Part shown: piece by piece, positions 20,529 through 30,601 of the stretch
Position numbering within the stretch: position 1 is the first letter of the stretch
Layout: each line of letters begins with the position of its first letter
DNA from: Perkinsela sp. CCAP 1560/9
Lineage: Eukaryota; Protista; Euglenozoa: Kinetoplastea
Length of the DNA: 64,000 nucleotides
Assembly (NCBI GenBank): GCA_965644495.1
Contig: CBFFSA010000001.1
Span: 1 to 64,000 of the forward strand
Direction: 5' to 3'
The notes under the pieces: model-generated
Databases searched by the model: none
The model's input: the letters and a program-made list of their open reading frames with translations, nothing else
What the model was told of the DNA's origin: nothing
Translations under genes and position numbers: made by a program

Positions 20529-23500
20529 GTGATGTGTAGCGTTCGAGACCTCTCCCCTGAAGCAGACGCCTATGATCTGTTTTCCGCCAGCTCCGAGTCC
20601 GACAACAACGCTTTTGATGAAGAGAGAAGCAATGCCTCGTTTGTATCGTATAGTGAAATTCCAGGAACACAGCACTTCTGCCGAGCCTTCAACGCCACAT
20701 CGGAGCCTGTAGATTCGTTTCCTCAACAGAACCAGCAGCATGAGCAAGTATTCCGGAACCAGGATAGTGAAGAGTTGTATGCCCCAGCTCATGATTTCGG
20801 TGAAGACTTCCTTGCAAGTAAATGCTCGCCTCCTTTCGTAGATGCCGACACCTTGGACGACCCTCTTTATGAAAGCGACGATTTGATCTCTACCGATTCT
20901 CTCAATTTTGATCTATTAAGGAGAGGATTAGCGAGTCCTTCACCAGCTGCAACAGAGGCGGATCAACCGGATGAGAAAGTAGAACAAAGGATATCCGTTG
21001 TAGGTAATGACGAGACAATCAACGAGAAAATACGGTCATCAGATTCTCCCGTAATAAGTCCTAATGTACAAAGGCGTAAAACGTATTTGAAATCTGAGAT
21101 AGAGATCAAACCCTTGGAGTCAATCCTGAGTCAACCTGATTTGAATTTCCTTACCTGGTATGGGCTTTCGACTTCAGTGGCTCGTGCGTATTTTAATAAA
21201 TTTGGTATAAAGAGTTTGTATCCATGGCAGAAATCCTGCCTTGAGGAGTGTTCTGGAGTATTGCAGGGTGAAAATCTTGTCTATAGTGCCCCAACGAGCG
21301 GAGGTAAAACCCTAGTCGCAGAGATCGTAATGATTAAACGGGTCACCGAGCTGCGAAGGAAGGCGCTGTTTGTTCTTCCCTACGTCGCCGTTGTGGAAGA
21401 AAAGGCCTCGTATTTCACCTCTCTGCTCGAGCAAACCGACCTTTTGGTCAGTTGTCACGCTGGAAGACGATCGATCCGTCGAACCTTTGGTGACATTGTC
21501 GTGTGCACTATTGAGAAAGCAAACGCCTACGTTAACGATCTGATTTCCAAATCTAAACTGGATCAAATTGCGACGGTGATCATTGATGAGGCGCATATGA
21601 TGGAAGACACCTCACGGGGGTATATTCTCGAACTCCTCCTCACCAAACTTATTTACGCCTCCAAAGAGATTGATCTTCAGCTTCTCGTCTTGAGCGCAAC
21701 GCTGCCGAATGCGTGGGAATTGGCGAACTGGATTGGAGAAAAAACACATTACTTTGCCACCGATTTCCGACCGGTACCTTTAAAACAGTACGCCAAGGTG
21801 GGAGAAAGCATCCTGGACACCGAGCTCAACACAGTACGATCCGTTTTGGGGCTGTCTCGCAAGGATACCGATGGTCTTGGAACGCTTGTCGCGGAGGTCG
21901 TCAAGCAGGGACACCAAGTTCTCGTCTTTTGTGCCACAAAACGACTCTGTGAGGCCACAGCGACTCATCTCAGTGACCTTATCTCCGCGCACGGCACAGA
22001 GTTTGGTGCCTCTTCCACGCAATTGCACGCAAATGAATTATTTTCCAAACTCCGACATGTTCCCGGGGGTATTGAGCCATTGCTTGAGAAAGCTCTTCAC
22101 CAAGGGGTAGGGTATCACCACGCAGGACTTACCCTCGAGGAACGGGAGGCTCTGGAACACGGCTACCGCTCGGGGCTCGTCAAAGTACTCTGCAGCACCA
22201 CAACTCTCGCTGCCGGGGTGAATCTCCCGGCCCGACGTGTGATTTTTCGTTCTCTGCGTGTCGGGATGGAACAGCTGGATATTATTTGCTACCGCCAGGC
22301 CTGTGGTCGTGCCGGACGCGCTGGGCTGGATACCGTAGGGGAGTCCTATTTAATGGGAAAGGAGAATGATAAAGGGATTGTGGCAAGGTTGCTACAGGCC
22401 GCCCTTCCGCGAATCCAATCCGCACTTCGCCCGGAGCGCTGTGGGCTCACGCGCGCGCTGCTGGAGGCCGTCTCTCTAGGTCTCGTCCGCACGGTGTATG
22501 ACATCCAGGTGTTTATTACGAAAACGTTTTTCAGTCACCAGAGCGGATATGCGGAGGTGCATGCAGAGGCACAGCACGCGCTACGGTTCCTAGAGCAGTG
22601 GAAAGTGATCCAGTGGCTTCGCACGCCGAAGCTGTTTGAGTCTTCCTTGTTAGGAGCGGCATGTGTCGCAGCTTCGATACCTCCTGAACAGGCCATAACC
22701 ACCTTTAAGGAGCTGGAAAGGGCTAGAGAAAACTTCGTTATCTCGGACGAGCTTCACCTCCTGTATTTTGTGGTTCCCAGCGGGCAGCTAATGGATCCAC
22801 CCTGGGGTCGGTACTACACTGATGTTTATCAGCACATCTCGCATAGCCATTGCAAAACAGCCATTGCCCTGGGCGTCGACGAATCCCTTTTATTGCGCAT
22901 TGAGAGAGTGGGCCTACCGAAAGAAACGGGAAACAAAACGTTAGAAGAGGGCGTAAAGCAGAAAATACACACATTACGCCGGTTTTACGTGGCACTCATT
23001 CTCCAGGACGTCGTTTCCGAAATGGAATTAGCCGCTTTGTCCTCAAAATACGGAATATCAAGGGGTGAGATACAGAAACTTATGGAAACGGCAAGCACGT
23101 ACTGCTCCATGCTAAGCACTTTTTGTGAGAAATTGAATTGGTGGCTTTTTGCATCAGCGTTCGATAAAGTCACGCAGAGACTTAAACTCGGGGTTCAAAA
23201 CGAGCTGCTGAACGTGATCCAGATTCCATCTTTAAGACCATGGAGGGCCCGTTTATTATACAAAAAAGGGTATCGTTCTCTGGAAGAGATCGCCACTGCG
23301 GAAGTGGAAGACGTAGAAAATATATTTCGCTCTGTACTTCCTTTCGATGCAACTGAATCGGCGCGAAAAACTGAAGCTCGCCAGGCCGCAACGTTAATTC
23401 AGGATGCACGTCGAATTCTGCACCAGGAAGCACTGGATTTAAAGAATGCTTCAGAAGGGGTTTCTAGTCCATTACGATCGCGGGATGTTGCAGCTTCAGA

Positions 23501-25553
23501 AAGCATTATGCGTGCGTCCAAGCGGACCAGGAATAGATCTCTGTCGAGAGAAAGAGAAGAAAACGACTACTCCGAAAGCAGTAGTACCTTCTCAGGAGAC
23601 AAAGAAGGGTCCAATTCTGATGCAATCTTGAGTTTTGGAAGCGATGATGAGGCGTTCACAGGAGGTGTGCACCCCCGGTTAGAAAGCGAATCAGACATTT
23701 CCATATCAAACCATATCAACAATGTGCTCAAGTTTAGCTACACTGCTTTGTCAGAAATATTGGAGAGAGTAGATTCCGCAAACGCAGTTGGCATTCACCT
23801 AAACCTGCATCGAAATGACTGCCACTATGAGAATATGCTTTCTTTTTCGGTAACCAAAACCGATGGCGATGCATTCGTTGCCCTGGTTGACACAAACGAC
23901 CGAGAAATCGTGGCGCAATACTTGTTAAGCTGGCTTCAAAATTCTACTTGCGCAAAGTTCTGCTTCCACTGGAAGGAACAGCTGAAATCGCTATACTCGT
24001 TCTTTCAGTTGAACCCATACACGGTCCCTGAGTTTAGTAATGTATTCGACATCCATGTTGCCTGCGGACTTATACATCCGTCGAACACGACAGAAGAACC
24101 TTCCCTGGAAAATATTCTGACTTATTTTCCTACGCCATTGTCACGCATTGCGTATAAACCGTACGATTGTGTTGGAAATCAGTCCAACGCTAAGCACGGA
24201 GATATGTCTTTTTCGCATTCGCGAGGCAGTCGCACTGCGTTTCTTTCACTCATCATTGGAAAAAGAATGCAGCGACTTATGAAATTGCGAAATTTGACCG
24301 ACGCGTTTCAGTCTTTTGAAATGCCGCTCGTAGAAATATTGGCTGCAATGGAATGGAGAGGGATCGCGTTCAGTGCTGACAACTACAACTGGATTGCGTG
24401 GCAAATGAAAAAACGAGTAGAACGTCTTCTCGCAGTTCCCGGCCCATCAGAACAGTCGCACAACACGGTAAGATGTCGATCCCGCAATAGTATTCATGTA
24501 ACTTCCGTTGAAAAGCGGCACCAAAGTGGGCGTAGGAAACTGAAATCTTCGTACTCTGGTGATAAATTGCTACACGTCTTGAAGGAGTACAATGTCCTTA
24601 CCGGTTGGCTACAGAATTACATTATTCCTTTACCTCGAAAATGTAGTGCTGATGGGAGACTACATGGAGAATTTCTTCAAAGTGGAACTGTTACCGGACG
24701 GTTGAGCATGTCGGAGCCTAATTTGCAAACGATTCCTCACGCGAAGTTGTTCAATTTCGATGAAAAAGAAGTCACGGTCGACTTGAGACGCTCTTTTTTA
24801 GCATCTAAAGGTTCTATTTTTCTTTCTGTAGATTACTCACACGTGGAGCTTCGCGTACTCGCTCATTACAGCGACGATATTCAGTTAAAAAATCAACTTC
24901 TAGCAAAAGAAGACATATTTTCAGTGCTCGCATGCGAAATTATGCATTGCACATCACCGGATGCTGTGACCTTTGAAGAACGTCGCAAAGTAAAGACGGT
25001 GTGCTATGGCATAATTTATGGTAGAGGAAAAAAGTCACTTGCCAAAGAACTGGAAATCACAGTAGAGGAAGCACATTCTTTGATTGATAAATTTACCTAT
25101 TCCTACCCTGCGATTGAATCATGCAAAACGCAAATATTGAATCAATGTCGCAAGTCGGGTTATGTGGAGACATTTTCCCGGAGGAGGAGGTACTTAGCTG
25201 ACATCAATTCACGTAACGAAACTAGGAAGAGAGCTGCAGAAAGAACAGCTATCAATACTGTATGTCAGGGCTCTGCGGCAGATATTATGAAGCTAGCGAT
25301 GCAAAAGGTTTTCCTTTTATTAAAAGAAGCCGTTCTAGTAGACGTGAACGGATCCCTCTCGTCATCAATTGTGTGTGACATTCCATGGATCGTTCTGCAG
25401 ATACATGATGAACTTTTATTAGAAGTACCGATTGAACGAGCTGCCTATTGGAGAGATCGTATACAAAGTGTTATGCAAAGTACTACTGAGCTCTCTGTGC
25501 CTCTCCCAGTTCATGCTGCTTTGGGGTTAACTTGGTCAGATGTTCGTACTTGA
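20529..25553 (+). CDS. POLQ: DNA polymerase theta (Hel308-type helicase + family A polymerase)
   Basis: APTSGGKT, IIDEAH, VLSATL, YHHAGL, TTLAAGVNLPARRV, QACGRAGRAG; polymerase motifs TGRLSMSEPNLQ, DYSHVELRVLAH, KTVCYGIIYG, QGSAADIMK, QIHDELL. Confidence 0.95.
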   Translation: MMCSVRDLSPEADAYDLFSASSESDNNAFDEERSNASFVSYSEIPGTQHFCRAFNATSEPVDSFPQQNQQHEQVFRNQDSEELYAPAHDFGEDFLASKCSPPFVDADTLDDPLYESDDLISTDSLNFDLLRRGLASPSPAATEADQPDEKVEQRISVVGNDETINEKIRSSDSPVISPNVQRRKTYLKSEIEIKPLESILSQPDLNFLTWYGLSTSVARAYFNKFGIKSLYPWQKSCLEECSGVLQGENLVYSAPTSGGKTLVAEIVMIKRVTELRRKALFVLPYVAVVEEKASYFTSLLEQTDLLVSCHAGRRSIRRTFGDIVVCTIEKANAYVNDLISKSKLDQIATVIIDEAHMMEDTSRGYILELLLTKLIYASKEIDLQLLVLSATLPNAWELANWIGEKTHYFATDFRPVPLKQYAKVGESILDTELNTVRSVLGLSRKDTDGLGTLVAEVVKQGHQVLVFCATKRLCEATATHLSDLISAHGTEFGASSTQLHANELFSKLRHVPGGIEPLLEKALHQGVGYHHAGLTLEEREALEHGYRSGLVKVLCSTTTLAAGVNLPARRVIFRSLRVGMEQLDIICYRQACGRAGRAGLDTVGESYLMGKENDKGIVARLLQAALPRIQSALRPERCGLTRALLEAVSLGLVRTVYDIQVFITKTFFSHQSGYAEVHAEAQHALRFLEQWKVIQWLRTPKLFESSLLGAACVAASIPPEQAITTFKELERARENFVISDELHLLYFVVPSGQLMDPPWGRYYTDVYQHISHSHCKTAIALGVDESLLLRIERVGLPKETGNKTLEEGVKQKIHTLRRFYVALILQDVVSEMELAALSSKYGISRGEIQKLMETASTYCSMLSTFCEKLNWWLFASAFDKVTQRLKLGVQNELLNVIQIPSLRPWRARLLYKKGYRSLEEIATAEVEDVENIFRSVLPFDATESARKTEARQAATLIQDARRILHQEALDLKNASEGVSSPLRSRDVAASESIMRASKRTRNRSLSREREENDYSESSSTFSGDKEGSNSDAILSFGSDDEAFTGGVHPRLESESDISISNHINNVLKFSYTALSEILERVDSANAVGIHLNLHRNDCHYENMLSFSVTKTDGDAFVALVDTNDREIVAQYLLSWLQNSTCAKFCFHWKEQLKSLYSFFQLNPYTVPEFSNVFDIHVACGLIHPSNTTEEPSLENILTYFPTPLSRIAYKPYDCVGNQSNAKHGDMSFSHSRGSRTAFLSLIIGKRMQRLMKLRNLTDAFQSFEMPLVEILAAMEWRGIAFSADNYNWIAWQMKKRVERLLAVPGPSEQSHNTVRCRSRNSIHVTSVEKRHQSGRRKLKSSYSGDKLLHVLKEYNVLTGWLQNYIIPLPRKCSADGRLHGEFLQSGTVTGRLSMSEPNLQTIPHAKLFNFDEKEVTVDLRRSFLASKGSIFLSVDYSHVELRVLAHYSDDIQLKNQLLAKEDIFSVLACEIMHCTSPDAVTFEERRKVKTVCYGIIYGRGKKSLAKELEITVEEAHSLIDKFTYSYPAIESCKTQILNQCRKSGYVETFSRRRRYLADINSRNETRKRAAERTAINTVCQGSAADIMKLAMQKVFLLLKEAVLVDVNGSLSSSIVCDIPWIVLQIHDELLLEVPIERAAYWRDRIQSVMQSTTELSVPLPVHAALGLTWSDVRT

Positions 25554-25837
25554 GATTCTTACATACCAGGACCCCTCTGACTTGCCCTACCTAACATTCC
25601 CGTTTTCGGGATATGTCGCGAGGTAGTCCTCTGGCCCGGGGCTATATGTTTTACTTTTTTTAAAGACTTTTTGTTGCACTGGAGGAACTGCAGGTGTGAT
25701 ATCACATGATCTCACGTGATCTCGCTTATAATACTAGCGATTTAGTTCTAGCGATTTATTGTACCGACTTATCGTCGCTTATGTTGTACTAGCGATTTTG
25801 TTCTAGCGATTTGGCAAGTTACTAAAACGTCATCTAC

Positions 25838-26734
25838 ATGTGTATGGGTATGTTTCTCAACGACATCCTTCGCATTGACGCCGCGGATGATCAACCACGA
25901 CCCCGTCGAGCTCAGAAGGCACACAAATCTTTGCTTCCCATAGAACTACAGCTTGACGCCTTTCTCTCCGGCATATTTTGTGGTAAGCACTCGTCATGGA
26001 ACACAAGCGTACCCGGGTGTAACTGGTATGGAGTTCAGTGTGATGCATTTCAAATGGCACGTAAGATTGACTGGCGAGGCTCTATTTTGGGTGGTATCCC
26101 TAGTTGGGAAAACCTTCCCGGGACACTCAGTTGGTTTCTTTTAGGCTCAAATTGGGGATTGAACAGCAGATGCAGTGGTGAAGTTTCTTTTGATGCCCTA
26201 CCTCGAGGACTTACTTGTCTCGACTTGGGAAAAAATCAGTTTTCTGGTCCAATTGTTACAGAAGATCTCCCTAATGCATTAGAACGACTTTTGCTCAACA
26301 ACAATCATTTCTCGGGAATGATAGACTGGAGTACACTTCCACAGGGTTTGCGCAAGATTGATATCAATGGAAATGATCTCAATGGGACGCTTACCTGTGC
26401 CTCCCTTCCTCCTAATTTACGTAGTGTTGATATATCCAATAACATGTTCGTCGGAGAGTTGGCATTAGAAGAACTTCCAGCTTCGTTGTTCTTATTTAAA
26501 GTACAAAACAATTCGTTTACAGGAACACCACGATTTGACAAACTTCCACCGACGATATCGTGCCTACAACTTCGACGTAATCGTCTCAGTGGACATGTAG
26601 ATTTCTCCCATCTGCCTCGCGGAATGAGTGTGTTGTCGCTTGAAAATAACTGTATTGAGTCTTGTGTCCCGCATCGCCTTCCCAAGTGTGTTTCTTTATT
26701 TTGGAATCCTGCATGGAAGTCGAGTTATTATTAA
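25838..26734 (+). CDS. Leucine-rich repeat protein, same family as 10821-11660
   Basis: WNTSVPGCNWYGVQC cap plus ~8 24-aa LRRs. Confidence 0.9.
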   Translation: MCMGMFLNDILRIDAADDQPRPRRAQKAHKSLLPIELQLDAFLSGIFCGKHSSWNTSVPGCNWYGVQCDAFQMARKIDWRGSILGGIPSWENLPGTLSWFLLGSNWGLNSRCSGEVSFDALPRGLTCLDLGKNQFSGPIVTEDLPNALERLLLNNNHFSGMIDWSTLPQGLRKIDINGNDLNGTLTCASLPPNLRSVDISNNMFVGELALEELPASLFLFKVQNNSFTGTPRFDKLPPTISCLQLRRNRLSGHVDFSHLPRGMSVLSLENNCIESCVPHRLPKCVSLFWNPAWKSSYY

Positions 26735-27181
26735 CATTGCAATGTGAGTCCAACTGTTTGTATTGACTCTGTGATAACTTCCAAGTCTCTTCTTCAAATG
26801 CTGTAACCTTTTTTAACCGTTGTATCTACCTGAACCAGCGATGAAGTGACCTTTTGGGGAGACGGAACCACAATGACGGGTTGATGAGGTACAAATTTTG
26901 TAGAACGTACTTGTCATTGAAGCTCGAATAAGAAAGGGCCTGTGGGTATAAAAAATTACAACATGTCGGACATCAAGCCATGTAATATACAACTTTGCGA
27001 TTGGTTGAATGTTTGCAGTGTATCTCACAAAAAATAGGAATTCTGAGTTTTGAGCTAATTTTTGATACCCCCGTTACTTCGGACGGCAAGAAAATTTTAA
27101 AAAGTAAAATGTCATTAAGATTCGTAAGAATAGGAAGAGCTAGGTTTAAAGATGATTAGTTTTATATAACAGCCCATCTCC

Positions 27182-27817
27182 ATGGCCTTTTTTGAAGCGT
27201 TTGTTCAATCTGTTCCAATGTCCGAATCGTCAGAAGCGGATGGTTCAGGCTTCAATAAACCAGTTGCAAGAATAAAAAAGCCTGAAATTTCCCCTCAAGT
27301 AACGAGACGTTCATTCTCCATTCATTGTCGAAATCAGGGGGCATTGAAACCTCCTTCGATCCCCCCATTGGAGCTTCACACGCTTACTGTAGAAAAAGAT
27401 CTGCAGGATTCCTTAATGAGTACTGAAATAACTTCCGTGCAGCATTCTAAGTGGAATTTTGAGGACGGTGTGGAACTGCTCCCCAGCAAAGCCTCGACAA
27501 CTTTTTCGAATTCCGCTTCCCCATCTTTCGAAAATTTCCTTAGTGACGATATGATACAAAGCCTTCTTACGGTTGAAAAGGAAGAAATGGTACTTGAAGA
27601 AATGACTCAAATCCATACTTTCTCGGAGGCAGGAACATCGTTTAGAGAACAATCGGATAGGCATCCTAATCCCGAAAGCCTAAATGCGTGTATATCCCGC
27701 GACCTTATCGGTGAAAAGCATTCACATACAAAAAGCTTTGAGTACCGCATGATGTCGCTTGAGGTGGGAGGAGGTGAAGCAGATTTTCTAATGGATTCAG
27801 ATAAAGATTCTGATTAA
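27182..27817 (+). CDS. Hypothetical acidic, probably disordered protein
   Basis: 211-aa ATG ORF on the coding strand; no recognised domain. Confidence 0.55.
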   Translation: MAFFEAFVQSVPMSESSEADGSGFNKPVARIKKPEISPQVTRRSFSIHCRNQGALKPPSIPPLELHTLTVEKDLQDSLMSTEITSVQHSKWNFEDGVELLPSKASTTFSNSASPSFENFLSDDMIQSLLTVEKEEMVLEEMTQIHTFSEAGTSFREQSDRHPNPESLNACISRDLIGEKHSHTKSFEYRMMSLEVGGGEADFLMDSDKDSD

Positions 27818-28361
27818 ACTAATATAGGGACCGGAAGGTGTCTCCATAGAGAACGCGCATACGCATGTTGACTGGTATGTTATTTTACTTTAAAAGGGTT
27901 TTGCTGTTTCCTCAACAAAAAGCCCACTAATAAGGAAACATTGAAGGGGATGCAGACAGTATCAGGAGGTTGCTGACAAAAGGCGCCAGACAGTGGCGAA
28001 CGGTGGCGGTCAGTGGTAAATGGCGTGGGTATTTTTTGAGGTCGTCGAAAGGCCACTTGCACTCTGGCCATTGACTCTCGCCATTGACTAATGTACGCTG
28101 TTTCATGACCAAACATACAGTGGACCTACCGTCGCAGCGCGGGTGACACACACTCCTTGAATTGCCGATAGGAAACGCACCAAAAGAAAGTGACGTATTT
28201 TTTAGCAAAAGGTTCGTTTTCTTTCTTATTGATTTCTTTTCACTGTAAATGAGCGAAAGCAGAAAAGAAAAATGTAATTCTCTCTGAAGGAAAATCTTAA
28301 TGACGCAAACACTCTACAACACTGTAGTTCTATAACGTAGTACAATAATTTAAACGATACC

Positions 28362-29318
28362 ATGAATGTCACACTGGAACATAATTCAAATTCCACCCAA
28401 CACAAACGAGCTGTTTCCCTACGAAATCCTATCCAGAGAATTCGTGAAAGACTTGCCGCCACCCCACAGGTACGAGATCTCGTGCCTGGTAAATATGAGC
28501 GCTACGGTCACGTGCTAATTGTGCCTTGGAAGTGTCAGGACGCTTTCCCATGCACGCTGGGATCGGCTCTTGCCCACGAACTACACGTGGATTGTATCCT
28601 CCAAGCTGCACCCTCCGCAGGCGATCTACGAGTGCCATTGAACAGTCGAATCTTATGGATTTCACCGGAAGTTATTTCAAAATCTCCAGCTGTGACTCAT
28701 CATGTGGAAGATGGCATTTGCTACGCGTTTGATGCTTCCAAGATTATGTTCTCAAGTGGAAATATTAAGGAACGTACTCGCTTTGGCAGAGACGTGAGAG
28801 CTGCCGCTGAGCGCGTGCTGGACATGTTTGCCGGCATTGGCTACTTTTCTCTTCCCTGGGCTGCGGGAAGATCGAGGTTGGGTACACGGTCAAAGCCAGA
28901 AAAGCCCGAGCTTCTGGTTGCGATAGAAAAGAATCCCGATAGTTTTCAATATCTAAAACAGAACTTTGAGAAATATCGAAAGCGCGCATGCGCACATATT
29001 CTGCTTTTGGGCGACAACCGTCGCGTTGGCGACGAATATCGTCATACATTTCATCGAATCCTAATGGGATTTCTACCCGACACGAGAAGATTTTTATCTC
29101 GTGCACTGGAATTTGCCAACGAATCGAGTGGTTCTTCAACCCCACGTTGCGTTATTCACTATCACTTTTTAAGCCATGCAAACAGATCCCCGCAGGACAC
29201 TTTGGACGATGAGTTTTCTCCTCACACTTCGGGGGCACATTCCATCATGCAAATCAGAAAAATTAAATCCTTTTCACCGCTATTGTACCACATGGTAGCG
29301 GATGTCGCACTTCTCTAA
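28362..29318 (+). CDS. TYW2: tRNA wybutosine-synthesizing protein 2 (Trm5/Tyw2 SAM-dependent family)
   Basis: KYERYGHVL, EDGICYAFDASKIMFSSGNIKER, VLDMFAGIGYFSLP, AIEKNP, GDNR, IHYH, IKSFSP..HMVAD. Confidence 0.9.
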   Translation: MNVTLEHNSNSTQHKRAVSLRNPIQRIRERLAATPQVRDLVPGKYERYGHVLIVPWKCQDAFPCTLGSALAHELHVDCILQAAPSAGDLRVPLNSRILWISPEVISKSPAVTHHVEDGICYAFDASKIMFSSGNIKERTRFGRDVRAAAERVLDMFAGIGYFSLPWAAGRSRLGTRSKPEKPELLVAIEKNPDSFQYLKQNFEKYRKRACAHILLLGDNRRVGDEYRHTFHRILMGFLPDTRRFLSRALEFANESSGSSTPRCVIHYHFLSHANRSPQDTLDDEFSPHTSGAHSIMQIRKIKSFSPLLYHMVADVALL

Positions 29319-29602
29319 TCTAAAGAAGAAGACACCCAATAGTGATCTGAGAAAAAAACTGGAACACCATTATGAAGACAATAATCTTTCTTCAAGAATA
29401 TCTTGTTACAAAATTCTCAGCTTGAGCATCTTTTTTATGGTATTTTATTGCGGGGGTTATTTACAACCTCTGCCTCTCTCTTCTTTATGGTGTCCGGAGT
29501 AGGGTGGATCCAGCAGGGTGAGAAAAGGGGGTCCAGCCCCCCCTCCTATCCTCGATTTGGGCACAAATCATGGTGCCTAAAAACGTAGGTCCCGGGACTT
29601 GA

Positions 29603-29675
29603 ACCCAGGTAGTCCAGTTGGTAAGACCTGCCATTCATAATCCGGTGGTCGCAGGTTCGATTCCCGGCAGTGATA
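29603..29675 (+). pseudogene. tRNA-like sequence (A and B boxes, CAT anticodon-like loop) with unpaired stems
   Basis: TAGTCCAGTTGGTAAGAC (29610), TTCATAA, GGTTCGATTCC (29654). Acceptor, anticodon and T stems do not pair. Confidence 0.65.
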
Positions 29676-29679
29676 TTTT

Positions 29680-30211
29680 CAGCCATACGCGGCGTCGTTA
29701 GTGGGAAGAAATTTGCGGAGCCCGTTTACCAACAACCACCGCTTTTTTACGAAGCAGCTAGCACACCGACATTGGAGATTCTGCATTTACCCAGTGTGAT
29801 CTTGCAGCCCCATTTTTTTGCACGTAGCTACTTGCCAAAGAATTTGGGCTACATCATCGGAAGTCAGCTGTTTCATGCACAACCTGTATTTGCTGTATGT
29901 GCAGCAAACCTGTTGTGCGCTTTCCACATTGATACCCACGGCACTCAGCTTTTCCTTGAATGCACGAGATATCTCCTCAATGTTTTTAGGAGCGGTACAT
30001 ACGGGACATTGGCGGTGGCGGGCACGTTTTTGTAGTTACAGCGCAGGCATGTCTCTACGTCCACAATGGTAGATGCTGTGTCTTCTGGTGCTTGACACAC
30101 GAGACAGCGCCTAGGCGCCCACACCGAAAAAAACATTTTCTTTTCGCATTCCGTACAATACAGCTGCGGAAGAGAATCTTGCTCAGACATAGCTACAGAG
30201 GAGGAAATCAT
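29680..30211 (-). pseudogene. Frameshifted zinc-finger gene (RanBP2-type finger)
   Basis: CTEC..CLVC, then CLRC-NYK-N-VPATA[1-nt deletion at ~30019]CPVC restores C-x2-C-x3-N-x6-C-x2-C. The shifted frame stays open for ~70 codons. Confidence 0.6.
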
Positions 30212-30601
30212 GATACGGAGCTTGGTCGGAAAATTATTTTTTATTCTTTTGTATTCAGAAACGTAATCTCAAAGAGTACTAATTTCAAAAATATAGATTA
30301 AAGGAAGATTTTTTGAAAATAATTTACCCAGTGCAACCTGTGTTACCCAGTGTTACCCATAGAAACTTTTAAAAAGGCGAACTTGCAGAAGCTCCATTGT
30401 AAGGTAGGATGACTGTAAATATTGTATGAGAATAGAGCTGCATGATGTTTCACCTTATAATTCGCTGTATAGAAACTGTAGAAAATTATTTGATAGCATG
30501 AAATCTACAATTTCTGTTCTCTCGATGATATGCAGGCTATGAGTTTTACTTACCAAATTGTATATTCGCGCTACACGTTTTTGTTTGAGTGAACGTTCAC
30601 G

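Noticed and set aside
27850-28210. Selenoprotein (GGC-TGA) or small gene between 27817 and TYW2
   Set aside because: Further stops in frame, no recognisable family or SECIS.
29603-29675. Functional tRNA-Met/Ile(CAT)
   Set aside because: Acceptor, anticodon and T stems cannot pair.
30465-30480. SL relic ACAGTTTCTATAC on - upstream of the zinc-finger pseudogene
   Set aside because: 12/13 match without the following ..TTG; compatible with chance in AT-rich DNA.
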